Shown piece by piece: positions 49,121-57,747 of a stretch of DNA of 64,000 nucleotides. Made by a program: the position numbers and the translations under genes. The DNA comes from Dehalococcoidia bacterium (GTDB lineage Bacteria; Chloroflexota; Dehalococcoidia; Lucifugimonadales; SHYT01): contig SHYT01000002.1 of assembly GCA_009692665.1 (NCBI GenBank), positions 56,606 through 120,605 on the forward strand, given 5' to 3'. Each line of letters opens with the position of its first letter. The stretch's first letter is position 1. Below the pieces are notes generated by a model. That model was not told where the DNA came from, ran no database searches, and saw nothing but the letters and a program-made list of their open reading frames with translations.

Positions 49121-49993
49121 CTAGGCGTTTTTGGGCTTGCGCATGATGAATACACTTGCCAGAGCGATCACCGCCGCCACGATGGCGACGACGAGGGCAA
49201 TGACGGCCAAACCGCTTGCAGCATCCTGACCGGCAGGACCCGCAGCGCCAATAGCCCCAGCTTTTCCGTCAGCGCCAGCTTTGCCAGCAGCGCCTGCGAC
49301 ACCGGCAATACCGGCAGGACCAGCTGTACCTGCAGGACCTACGGCGCCCTGAGCGCCAGCAGCACCGCTAGCGCCCGCACCAATGGTGTAGGTGGTGGTC
49401 GCGGTACGGCCAGCGTTGTCAGCAGCCGTGATGACGTACGCGCCAGCAGCGCTGCTCGGCAGCACCGCGACGGCGCTAAAGGAGCCGTTAGGCGCAACTG
49501 TCACCACGTTCGTGGTGGCCGCTGGGCCACCGGGCACCGTGAGGGTCACCGGAGAGCCCGCGCTGAACCTGCTGCCGGAGACCACCACCACGTTACCCGG
49601 GCCGGTGGTCGGGGCAACAGTCGCAGTAGCCGCGGCCGCGGGACCACTGTTTGCATTCAGATCCTTTCGCTCGTTGTTGAACGCGGTGAATTGTGCTGAC
49701 TGGGTCGCACTAAAGGTACCGATCGTAAACTTAATGGTCTTACCGGTCAACTGCCCCGCAACGGTCTCCACTATCATGAGGATATAGTCGCCCGTGGCAT
49801 CCGTGTTTGCCGAAGCGACTTCCATTCCATCAACAGTAGCGGCAACCTTCGTATTGGCTGATGCAGCCACTCCGTCTATCCGGGCCTTCCCATAGAACCC
49901 ATGTGGGCTCGTGGATTGCGCCGAGACGAAAGCCGGCACCAACGCCAAGGACAGAGCCAGCACTGTGGCCAGCAGGATCCTTAGATTGGACAT
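49121..49993 (-). CDS. membrane-anchored surface protein: signal peptide, Ig-like domain, collagen-like Gly-X-Y stalk, C-terminal TM anchor
   Basis: Signal peptide MSNLRILLATVLALSLALVPAFVSA|Q. An IPT/Ig-like segment (GNVVVVSGSRFSAGSPVTLTV...NGSFSAVAVLP). 17 uninterrupted G-X-Y triplets (GAS GAA GAQ GAV GPA GTA GPA GIA GVA GAA GKA GAD GKA GAI GAA GPA GQD, nt 49223-49375). A TM helix LAVIALVVAIVAAVIALASVFI and a basic tail MRKPKNA. Confidence 0.8.
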   Translation of the reverse strand: MSNLRILLATVLALSLALVPAFVSAQSTSPHGFYGKARIDGVAASANTKVAATVDGMEVASANTDATGDYILMIVETVAGQLTGKTIKFTIGTFSATQSAQFTAFNNERKDLNANSGPAAAATATVAPTTGPGNVVVVSGSRFSAGSPVTLTVPGGPAATTNVVTVAPNGSFSAVAVLPSSAAGAYVITAADNAGRTATTTYTIGAGASGAAGAQGAVGPAGTAGPAGIAGVAGAAGKAGADGKAGAIGAAGPAGQDAASGLAVIALVVAIVAAVIALASVFIMRKPKNA

Positions 49994-50034
49994 GCCACCT
50001 CCTTAAGATTTCGCGAGCTCAGAGCTTGTGTCCT

Positions 50035-50061
50035 CGCTGGGGGCCATCAAGGCCCCCAGCG
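50035..50061 (-). other. intercistronic 11-bp GC hairpin between the two surface protein genes
   Basis: CGCTGGGGGCC atcaa GGCCCCCAGCG, a perfect palindrome 12 nt after the upstream stop. There is no U-tract. Confidence 0.5.
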
Positions 50062-50072
50062 AGTTGTTGGCG

Positions 50073-52871
50073 TTAGCGCCAGCCGAGGATATTGTTGCCC
50101 TTTGTCAGCGTGCGTGTGAAGGTGCTCGTCGTCAGCGTGCAGTCGGCATCGACTACGATGTTTACTGCGTCGCCGGGGACGATGCTGAGTAGCGTGTTGG
50201 CGGCGGAAGGGGCGGCTATGTCATAGAGCAGCCATGCCTTCTTTCCGTTGTCATATCCCCACACGCGGGTAACGCTAGCTGCGATCGACTGAACCTGAGA
50301 CGCCACGGTTTGGGTCGCGACGGAGATAGTGAGGGAGGTCGTGGCGGCGAATAAGCCCGCGGTGGCATTCACAGCTACGACGCCCGTGTTCATGGCAGGA
50401 ACAATTATGGTGATATTGAATTGGCCGTTCGCGTCGGTGTTCAGCGCCTGGGCAGGCAGCACACCAAGGCCGCCAACCGTCAGCACGTCCACGCCTACGA
50501 ACTGCGGGAATCCGTCACCACGGATAGTCAGGTTGCCGCCAACGGTCGAGGTCGCGGCCGTGCCCACACCGGTGGCAGATACGGTCGGCGCGGGGATGAA
50601 GTGGGTCACAGCGGTTAAGTTGGTGCCTAACGAGACCGCGTCCGTAGCGGTGATCGTGTTCAACGAGTTCGGATTAGCGGCCAGCGGGACCGTCACGTTG
50701 ACGGTGAAGTTACCGCTGCCGTCCGTTGTGGCGGCCCCAATGACGTTGGTCGCAGAAGTGGGGATGGGGTAGTTGAGCGTTACTGTGCTAGCACGGCTCC
50801 AGCCTGTGCCGGTGAGGGTTATGATGGTGCCGCGCTTTCCAGACGTCGGGGTCGCCGTCATCAGACGGGACGGAATGGTAACGGACGTCTGGCCGTTCAG
50901 ACCCGCTGCGTCGGTAACGATCACCGTCAATGTGCCGGTGGTCGTGCCCAGACCAGGAGATGCTACGCCCGTGCCTATTTCAAAGACCGCCGCTGGGAAG
51001 TTCCCTGCGGCATCCAAGGTCCAGTTTCCGCCGGTTGGGCAACCGCCTCGCGGGGTCCAGGCCAGAGAGTTAATCGTCACACCGGCCGGGCAAGCAACGG
51101 TGCTGCTCGCCGAAAGACCGGTTGCTGTGAGGGTCACCGGGCTGCCAGGAGTGCCCACCACACCCGTATTGGGCGTGATAAGGATAGTGGCGCCATACAA
51201 CGTTACCGTAGCAGTTGCACCGGCAGCCGTTGAGCTTGCGGTCGTCCACACCCGGATGGTGGCCACGCCCGCAGGTACACCCAGCGGCACTGTGCAGGTA
51301 GCAGTTGCGGTCAACTGGCCAGCCGCGTTCGCATTGACTGCGCTGGATGGACCGCAGTTTCTGCCACCAATCGAGATGCCCTCAGCAGCCGTCCCAGCGA
51401 CGGGGCCGACAATGCTTGCGTTTGCTGCGAAGTCGTCACCGCTGATCGTGAAGACGGAGCCTACGACACCCGTGGCCGAGCTCAGCCGGATGCTTGCGAG
51501 AACCGTGAAGCCGGTCTTTGGGAAGTTCGCACCAGGGAGGCCAGCGTTGTCCATGACTTTGATGTTTGCGTTGGCCCCGGTAGCCAGCGGTGGGACCGTG
51601 GCGATCCAGGCAATGGATGCCTTGCCGTCCGTGCCAACCGTGCCCGTGCCAAGGACAATTTCAGCCGCGGTCACCGCGTTATCGTCGTTGGCGTCGTTCC
51701 ACAGGGTAGCCGAGGAGCCGGAGGTGAGACCTGCAGCTGTGGAGGTCACGCTCGTGCCACGTGCGCCAGACGTCGCGCTGTGGCTCAGTGTGCGCACGAA
51801 CATCACGCGCGCCTGGTTGTTTATGGCGACTTGGAGCCCGTTGCTGGACAGGATGGAGCCGCCGCTGGCCGTGCCGCTGGCAATGGCACCAGCAGGGCCG
51901 CCGCTTGCGGAGTTCTTGATGAGCGCAGACTGGCCAATGGTGACCATCACCAGGGACGCCGCACCAGGAGTTTGCGCGGCAATGTTTGTTATTGCGACGC
52001 CGGCCGGCGTCAGGTTCGGCAGCGTTATTTGAATGTTACGTGTGTTCGCTGAGCCACCAATGATCAGTGAGCCTCCCACGATTGGGTCGATGTTCAGCGG
52101 GTTAGATGCACCGCCATTCACCGAAACCGCCACCATACTTTTCGATATCGTGGCCGGGAGTACAACACCCAATGGCATAGCGAGAATCATCGTGTCCACA
52201 CCAGAGACCAGGATCGTTCGCGCTGGGAACGTGATGTTCCACTGAGCGAACTGGTCCACCGTGTTGGGGTTCACCACGAAGGCTGTTGCAAAGACCAGGG
52301 GGAGTTCGGAGCTAACGAGTGGATGGGTTACAGGCGTCGTAGCCTGAACCGAAACCACGGCCGGTATGTAGTTTTGTGCCCCGCCTTGTGAAGCCGTGCC
52401 GTCCGCAGGATGGACGTTTGCGGCAGCTATAAACTGGAGCGCGACGTAGGCGCCAGCGCCCGGGGCCATTACCGCTGACACATGGGTCAGTACTTGGCCC
52501 GAAATGGTTAACGAGGCTGTGTTAGCGGCTGCTAGGGCGGTGACGGCAGCGGCGACGTTTGCGCCGGTCCCTGCGTACACGTTAGCGGCTATTACAGTGC
52601 TCGCTGGCATTACTGTGCCATTCGGCAGAGTGTAAGCAACTGACTGCCCTGCGTTGTAACCAGTGCTAGTGACAAACACTATTGTCACTACTGATGCGGA
52701 TGGCTGACCAAGTGCCGCACCGGGATTTACCGTGTCAGTGGTCACAGTGACCGCTGTAATCACGCCAGCCGCGTGTGCGCTCTGTGGGCGCACTGCGAAT
52801 GGCGCAATGACGCTAACGAGCAGCGCGAGCGTCAAAAGCCAGGAGAATACCTTGGTAACTTGCTTAGTCAT
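50073..52871 (-). CDS. large secreted Ala/Thr/Gly/Val-rich surface protein with repeated Ig/IPT-like modules (S-layer candidate)
   Basis: 932 aa. Signal peptide MTKQVTKVFSWLLTLALLVSVIAPFAVRPQSAHA|AG. Very few charged residues. Repeated ...G[ST]xxT[IL][ST]G.GF/W......V.......T.D..G.F...[IV].VP modules. No LPXTG, SLH or TM anchor that I recognise. AAAGGAGG lies before the ATG. Confidence 0.8.
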   Translation of the reverse strand: MTKQVTKVFSWLLTLALLVSVIAPFAVRPQSAHAAGVITAVTVTTDTVNPGAALGQPSASVVTIVFVTSTGYNAGQSVAYTLPNGTVMPASTVIAANVYAGTGANVAAAVTALAAANTASLTISGQVLTHVSAVMAPGAGAYVALQFIAAANVHPADGTASQGGAQNYIPAVVSVQATTPVTHPLVSSELPLVFATAFVVNPNTVDQFAQWNITFPARTILVSGVDTMILAMPLGVVLPATISKSMVAVSVNGGASNPLNIDPIVGGSLIIGGSANTRNIQITLPNLTPAGVAITNIAAQTPGAASLVMVTIGQSALIKNSASGGPAGAIASGTASGGSILSSNGLQVAINNQARVMFVRTLSHSATSGARGTSVTSTAAGLTSGSSATLWNDANDDNAVTAAEIVLGTGTVGTDGKASIAWIATVPPLATGANANIKVMDNAGLPGANFPKTGFTVLASIRLSSATGVVGSVFTISGDDFAANASIVGPVAGTAAEGISIGGRNCGPSSAVNANAAGQLTATATCTVPLGVPAGVATIRVWTTASSTAAGATATVTLYGATILITPNTGVVGTPGSPVTLTATGLSASSTVACPAGVTINSLAWTPRGGCPTGGNWTLDAAGNFPAAVFEIGTGVASPGLGTTTGTLTVIVTDAAGLNGQTSVTIPSRLMTATPTSGKRGTIITLTGTGWSRASTVTLNYPIPTSATNVIGAATTDGSGNFTVNVTVPLAANPNSLNTITATDAVSLGTNLTAVTHFIPAPTVSATGVGTAATSTVGGNLTIRGDGFPQFVGVDVLTVGGLGVLPAQALNTDANGQFNITIIVPAMNTGVVAVNATAGLFAATTSLTISVATQTVASQVQSIAASVTRVWGYDNGKKAWLLYDIAAPSAANTLLSIVPGDAVNIVVDADCTLTTSTFTRTLTKGNNILGWR

Positions 52872-53327
52872 CTAGCCTCCTTTTAAATTGCCTGGATATT
52901 TGCTTGGCCTGGGTACTTACGATATTTGTGCGTTGTCTGGCGGCTTCCTGTGGGGCTTGAGCCCCGCTGCTTCGGTGCTGTTCCCGAGAAGCGCCGAACT
53001 TCGTGCCCTGTATTGGGTCTAACTGTGGATTCGGCAACTACTACCTCCAACCACCCCACCCCGCGCCTCTCTCATGCGCTCACTCCCTTCCATACATATT
53101 AAGCCGGGCGTCCTCTTCGGCATCATGCCTTGCTTCCTTAGTCGCCCTGCACTCCGGTGGCGGCCTCCCAATTCCCATCGGGAAGTGCCACTATCACCTA
53201 GAACGTGCCATAGCCTCAAAAAGTTCCATGCTCGACTACTACGTCGAACCCGGAACCTCAAGGCCACCTTCTAGACGCAACGAAAAGGGCATCCCGATAC
53301 TCGGGACGCCCCCTCAGGCTGTAACGC

Positions 53328-53356
53328 ATCGTAATCAAAACTGAAGGGGGTGTCAA
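53328..53356 (-). promoter_or_regulatory. putative promoter TTGACA-17-TACGAT about 450 nt upstream of the large surface protein gene
   Basis: The minus strand reads TTGACA cccccttcagttttgat TACGAT. No credible ORF lies between it and the ATG at 52871, which implies a long 5-prime UTR. Confidence 0.4.
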
Positions 53357-53717
53357 GGGGGAAATACGTGTAAACTACCTAGACTTCTTAGATGACGAGC
53401 ACCTTGCACGAAAAGAAAGCCTAACATTTGTCAGAGAACTAAGCTAATGAAACTTCCCGAAGTTCCTATTATGTCTGGTACTTTGTACTAGCTGTCCTCA
53501 GTTCCTCTTCCTTATTAAGGAATCGTGCAGGATCTTCGGCGCCTCCTGCGGACAGCCTGACATCTACAAACGCACCCAGCCTAGCAAACATCTGTTCCAT
53601 TTGTAGCCTTGCCTTTATCATCCATATCAGAAACGGCGCGTCAATGGCTGCCACTCCCGGCGTGTACGTTGGCGCAGGGCGTTCTCCGTCTAGGCCAAGC
53701 AGCTTCTCAGCGCATTC

Positions 53718-53746
53718 TTGACATGCTATAGGGCAAGCACTACTGT
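53718..53746 (+). promoter_or_regulatory. putative promoter TTGACA-17-TACTGT of the ilv-leu T-box leader
   Basis: A perfect -35 and a TAnnGT-type -10, about 25 nt upstream of the first T-box Stem I elements. Confidence 0.5.
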
Positions 53747-53774
53747 ATAAGGGTTTCCTGTGAGACAACGCGAG

Positions 53775-54007
53775 GAACGGGAAGAGTACCCACCCACTCC
53801 AGCATCAGAGAGCCGGCGGATGGTGCGAGCCGGTTGCGGACGGCGGGGAACTGGCCCGGGAGCGGAGAGGGTGAATTCGCCAGAGGCGGACTAGCCATCT
53901 ACGGTGACACCGTTACCGTCTTGAGCGTCCCCTGATATCGGGGGAAATGGTGGTGGTACCGCGGGGTGCATATCCCGTCCGCCTTGTGTGGCGAACGGGA
54001 TTTTTTG
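53775..54007 (+). promoter_or_regulatory. T-box riboswitch leader (specifier CUG, Leu) with terminator, upstream of ilvB
   Basis: Stem I elements: GAAGAGTA (specifier-loop 5-prime side), CAGAGAGCC and GGTGCGAGCC. The specifier-loop 3-prime side is GGGGAA CTG G (CTG at 53851-53853), closed by CGGG/CCCG. The T-box sequence is AAATGGTGGTGGTACCGCGGGG (53945-53966). The terminator is CCCGTCCGCC ttgtgt GGCGAACGGG + TTTTTTG (53973-54007), whose 5-prime arm can alternatively pair with the T-box. Confidence 0.8.
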
Positions 54008-54156
54008 TTAACCAAGAACCTGGGACAGCAATTAACCGTTCCTTAAAGTAGAAGGCGTACGCTAGTGGCGCCTCTTGCCGGTTCTTCTTTTCTGAAGAAG
54101 GGTCGACGGGCAAGCGTCGTAAAGGGCAATCCGCCACAGGCGGAAAAGGAAGACAT

Positions 54157-55872
54157 ATGAAGATGAATGGCAGCCAAATGATGTGCGAGGCGCTCCTTCG
54201 CGAGGGCGTTGACGCGGTATTCGGCATTCCGGGCGGCGCAATCCTCCCGTTCTACCAGACGCTGCCTGAGTTCCCCAAGCTGCGGCACATCCTGGTCCGT
54301 CATGAGCAGGGCGCCACGCACGCCGCGGATGGCTACTTCCGCGCATCGGGTCGCGTCGGCGTTGCCATCGGCACCTCAGGCCCCGGCGCAACCAACATGC
54401 TCAGCGGCATCGCGTGCGCGCTCACGGACTCGGTGCCTATGGTCTGCATTACCGGCCAGGTAGCGCGCGGCGCAATCGGCACGGATGCGTTTCAAGAGAC
54501 GGACACTATTGGCGTGTCCATGCCCGTGGTGAAGCACAGCTACCAGATCATGCACGCTGTAGATGTCCCCCGCGTGGTCCGCGAGGCGTTCTACATCGCC
54601 AGGAACGGCCGGCCCGGCCCGGTGCTCATTGACTTCCCTAAAGATGTGCAGACGGAGATCGGCGAGTTCGTGTGGCCGGAAGAGCCGGTGTTTGACACTG
54701 ACTACCGCCCCATCATGGACGCGCAGACCAGCGACCTCCGGCAGGCCGCCCAGCTCATCGCGCAGGCGCAGCGCCCCGTCATCTTGTCCGGCCACGGCGT
54801 CATCCTGGCCGGCGCTTCTGACGAGGTGCAGCAGCTGGCGGAGAAGACGCAGATTCCGGTGATTACCACGTTGCTCGGTATCAGCGGCATACGGTCCAGC
54901 CACCCGCTGAACCTGGGCATGCCCGGTATGCACGGTCTCGCCTCTGCCAGCATAGCTATCAACGAAGCAGACCTGCTCATCGCCGTCGGCATGCGCTTTG
55001 ACGACCGTGTCACTGGCCGCCTCAGCGCCTTCGCGCCGCACGCCAAGGTCATCCACATCGATATCGACCCGGCGGAGATCAGCAAGAACGTGAAAGCTAC
55101 TGTCGGCATTGTGGGCGATGCTAAGCGCGTGCTTCGGCAGCTCATGCCGCTGGTCACGCCGGCCTCTCACGGCGACTGGATCGCCACCATTGAGCGCCTG
55201 AAGAAGAACCACCCACTCTACGTTCCGGACGAGGGCGACAAGCTCTTCCCGCAGCACGTCATCCAGGCAATCTCGGACGTCACAGACGGCCATGCGGTGC
55301 TCGTCACCGGCGTGGGCCAGCACCAGATGTGGGCCGCGCATCACTACAACTTTAAGGAGCGCGGACTCTTTATCTCCTCCGGTGGACAGGGCACCATGGG
55401 CTACGAAGTGCCTGCCGCCATGGGCGCTGCGGTTGCGCGGCCGGACAAGCAAGTCTGGTCCATCTGCGGCGACGGCGGCTTCCAGATGACCATGTACGAG
55501 CTGGCCACCTGCGCGGAGAACAACATTCCCGCAAAGTACGCCATCATCAACAACAACAACCTCGGCATGGTGAAGCAGTGGCAAGATATCTTCTATAAGC
55601 AGGACTACGTTGCCACCAAGTACACTAAGAACCCTGATTTTGTAAAGCTTGCTGATGCGTTCGGCATCCTTGGCCTCCGCTGCGATTCGCGCTCCAAGCT
55701 CCTGGATGTGGTGAAGAAGGCCAACGCGCATCCCGGCCCGGTGCTCGTGGACTTCGTCGTCGAAAGCTCGGAGAACGTCTACCCAATGATCCCGGCCGGG
55801 CAGTCCATCGCTGAGCTCATGGAGGACCCGCGCATCAAGAAAGCAAATACGAGCGGGAGCAAGGGACGGTAG
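54157..55872 (+). CDS. ilvB: acetolactate synthase large subunit (biosynthetic)
   Basis: 571 aa. GAEALVRxL-like N-terminus (MNGSQMMCEALLREGVDAVFGIPGG), HEQGATHAADGY, and a ThDP motif GDGGFQMTMYELAT...NNNNLGMV. Confidence 0.96.
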   Translation: MKMNGSQMMCEALLREGVDAVFGIPGGAILPFYQTLPEFPKLRHILVRHEQGATHAADGYFRASGRVGVAIGTSGPGATNMLSGIACALTDSVPMVCITGQVARGAIGTDAFQETDTIGVSMPVVKHSYQIMHAVDVPRVVREAFYIARNGRPGPVLIDFPKDVQTEIGEFVWPEEPVFDTDYRPIMDAQTSDLRQAAQLIAQAQRPVILSGHGVILAGASDEVQQLAEKTQIPVITTLLGISGIRSSHPLNLGMPGMHGLASASIAINEADLLIAVGMRFDDRVTGRLSAFAPHAKVIHIDIDPAEISKNVKATVGIVGDAKRVLRQLMPLVTPASHGDWIATIERLKKNHPLYVPDEGDKLFPQHVIQAISDVTDGHAVLVTGVGQHQMWAAHHYNFKERGLFISSGGQGTMGYEVPAAMGAAVARPDKQVWSICGDGGFQMTMYELATCAENNIPAKYAIINNNNLGMVKQWQDIFYKQDYVATKYTKNPDFVKLADAFGILGLRCDSRSKLLDVVKKANAHPGPVLVDFVVESSENVYPMIPAGQSIAELMEDPRIKKANTSGSKGR

Positions 55873-55877
55873 CAGGA

Positions 55878-56456
55878 ATGGAAGCAGATCGCGTTCACAC
55901 CATCGTTGCGCTATTGCGAGATCGCCCCGGCGTGCTTAACCGCGTCGCCAGCGTCATCCGCCGCCGCGGCTTCAACATCTCCAGCCTTACCGTTGGCAAC
56001 TGCGAAACGGAAGGCCTCTCCCGCATGACCTTTGTGGTGCAGGGCGATGATAACATCGCTGACCAGGTGACCAAGCAGCTCCGCAAGCTCATGGACGTTG
56101 TGCGCATTGCGGACATCAGCTATGAGAGTTTCATCTCCCGCGAGATGGCGCTCATCAAGGTGCGCGCCAATCCCGCTACGCGTGGCGAAATCATGCAGAT
56201 CGTGGACATCTTCCGCGCCAACATCGTGGATGTCTCACCGGAAGCGCTGGTCATTGAAGTAACCGGCGATGAGGACAAGGTGGCCTCCCTCCTCGGCATG
56301 GTCAACCACTTTGGCGTGTGCGAGGTGCAGCGCAGCGGCCGCCTCTCCATGGTGCGCGGCATGATTGGCGCGGGCGATTCCACCGCCGTCGTCACCAGGT
56401 CTCCCAACGGGCACATCCCGGAAGTCGCTGTCGAAGTGGACCGCTCCGGGGGCTAG
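55878..56456 (+). CDS. ilvN: acetolactate synthase small (regulatory) subunit
   Basis: ACT domain HTIVALLRDRPGVLNRVASVIRRRGFNISSLTVG...SRMT. Confidence 0.93.
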   Translation: MEADRVHTIVALLRDRPGVLNRVASVIRRRGFNISSLTVGNCETEGLSRMTFVVQGDDNIADQVTKQLRKLMDVVRIADISYESFISREMALIKVRANPATRGEIMQIVDIFRANIVDVSPEALVIEVTGDEDKVASLLGMVNHFGVCEVQRSGRLSMVRGMIGAGDSTAVVTRSPNGHIPEVAVEVDRSGG

Positions 56457-56506
56457 GTCCCACGCATAACGAAAGTACGCGCAGTATGCGCCGATAAGGA
56501 AACGAA

Positions 56507-57505
56507 ATGGCAAAGCTATACTACGACAAGGACGCAGACCTCTCCTATCTCAAGGGCAAGACCATCGGCATCATTGGCTACGGCAGCCAGGGGCACGCCC
56601 ACGCGCTGAACCTCAAGGACAGCGGCCAGGACGTCGTCGTTGGCCTGTACAAGGGCAGTCCGCGTTGGGCCGTTGCGCAGCAAGCGGGCCTCCGCGTCGC
56701 CGAGGTGAAGGACGTCGCCAAGGAAGCTGACATCATCATGATGCTCATCCCGGACATGGCCCAAAAAGACGTGTACGAGAAAGAGATCAAGCCGTCCCTG
56801 CGCTCCGGTCAGACCCTCATGTTCGCGCACGGGTTCAGCATCCACTTCAAGCGCATCGTGCCGTCACCGCTAGTGGACGTCACCATGATTGCGCCTAAAG
56901 CTCCCGGCCACCGCGTGCGTGAAGTGTTCATGCAGGGCTTGGGCACACCGTGCCTCCTGGCCGTGCAGCAAGATGTCTCCGGCCACGCCAAGCAGACCGC
57001 GCTCGCATACGCAAAGGGGATCGGCGGCGGGCGCGCAGGCATTCTGGAGACCACGTTTAAGGAAGAGACTGAGACAGACCTCTTCGGCGAACAGGCTGTC
57101 CTCTGCGGCGGCGTGAGCGCACTGGTCAAGACCGCGTTTGAAACGCTCGTCAAAGCCGGTTATCAGCCCGAGGTCGCGTACTTCGAGTGCATGCATGAGC
57201 TCAAACTCATCGTCGACCTCTTCTACGTCGGCGGCCTCAGCTACATGCGCTACTCCGTCAGCGATACCGCTGAGTACGGCGACTACACCCGTGGCCCGCG
57301 GGTCATTGACCAGCACGTCCGCGATTCCATGGAGAAAATCCTGAAGGAAATCCAGAGCGGCCAGTTCGCCAAAGAGTGGAGCGCTGAGAACGACGAGGGC
57401 AAGAAGCGGTTCTTGCAGATGCGTGAGCAAGAGACGCACCACCAGATCGAGCAAGTTGGCACGGAGCTGCGCGCAATGATGCCCTGGCTCAAGCGTTCAA
57501 CGTAG
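56507..57505 (+). CDS. ilvC: ketol-acid reductoisomerase (class I)
   Basis: [26 protein letters not shown] and [17 protein letters not shown]. Confidence 0.97.
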   Translation: MAKLYYDKDADLSYLKGKTIGIIGYGSQGHAHALNLKDSGQDVVVGLYKGSPRWAVAQQAGLRVAEVKDVAKEADIIMMLIPDMAQKDVYEKEIKPSLRSGQTLMFAHGFSIHFKRIVPSPLVDVTMIAPKAPGHRVREVFMQGLGTPCLLAVQQDVSGHAKQTALAYAKGIGGGRAGILETTFKEETETDLFGEQAVLCGGVSALVKTAFETLVKAGYQPEVAYFECMHELKLIVDLFYVGGLSYMRYSVSDTAEYGDYTRGPRVIDQHVRDSMEKILKEIQSGQFAKEWSAENDEGKKRFLQMREQETHHQIEQVGTELRAMMPWLKRST

Positions 57506-57747
57506 GGTTGCGCGGCAGTGCAGAGAAGGCGAAGAGAAGGACATGAAGGATTTGGAGGTCTACGCCGTAACCATCCGTCCCATTTCCGCCGGGTATCCGG
57601 TGGACGGGGCGGTCTACGGTACCCTGTAGCCCAGCCTTTGACGGTGCTACTGGCATGAGCCCCACATTGAGGTTTCTTGCGGAGTCGCACCCAGTCCACT
57701 GCTCGTCAACGCATAGCTGGCCGCAACTACTGTAAGGAGAACATCAC

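Noticed and set aside
53469-53768. 99-aa minus-strand ORF between the surface-protein leader and the T-box leader.
   Set aside because: It has a TTG start without an SD sequence, its 5-prime end overlaps the predicted T-box promoter and leader, and it shows no recognisable motif. It could be real but I cannot support it.
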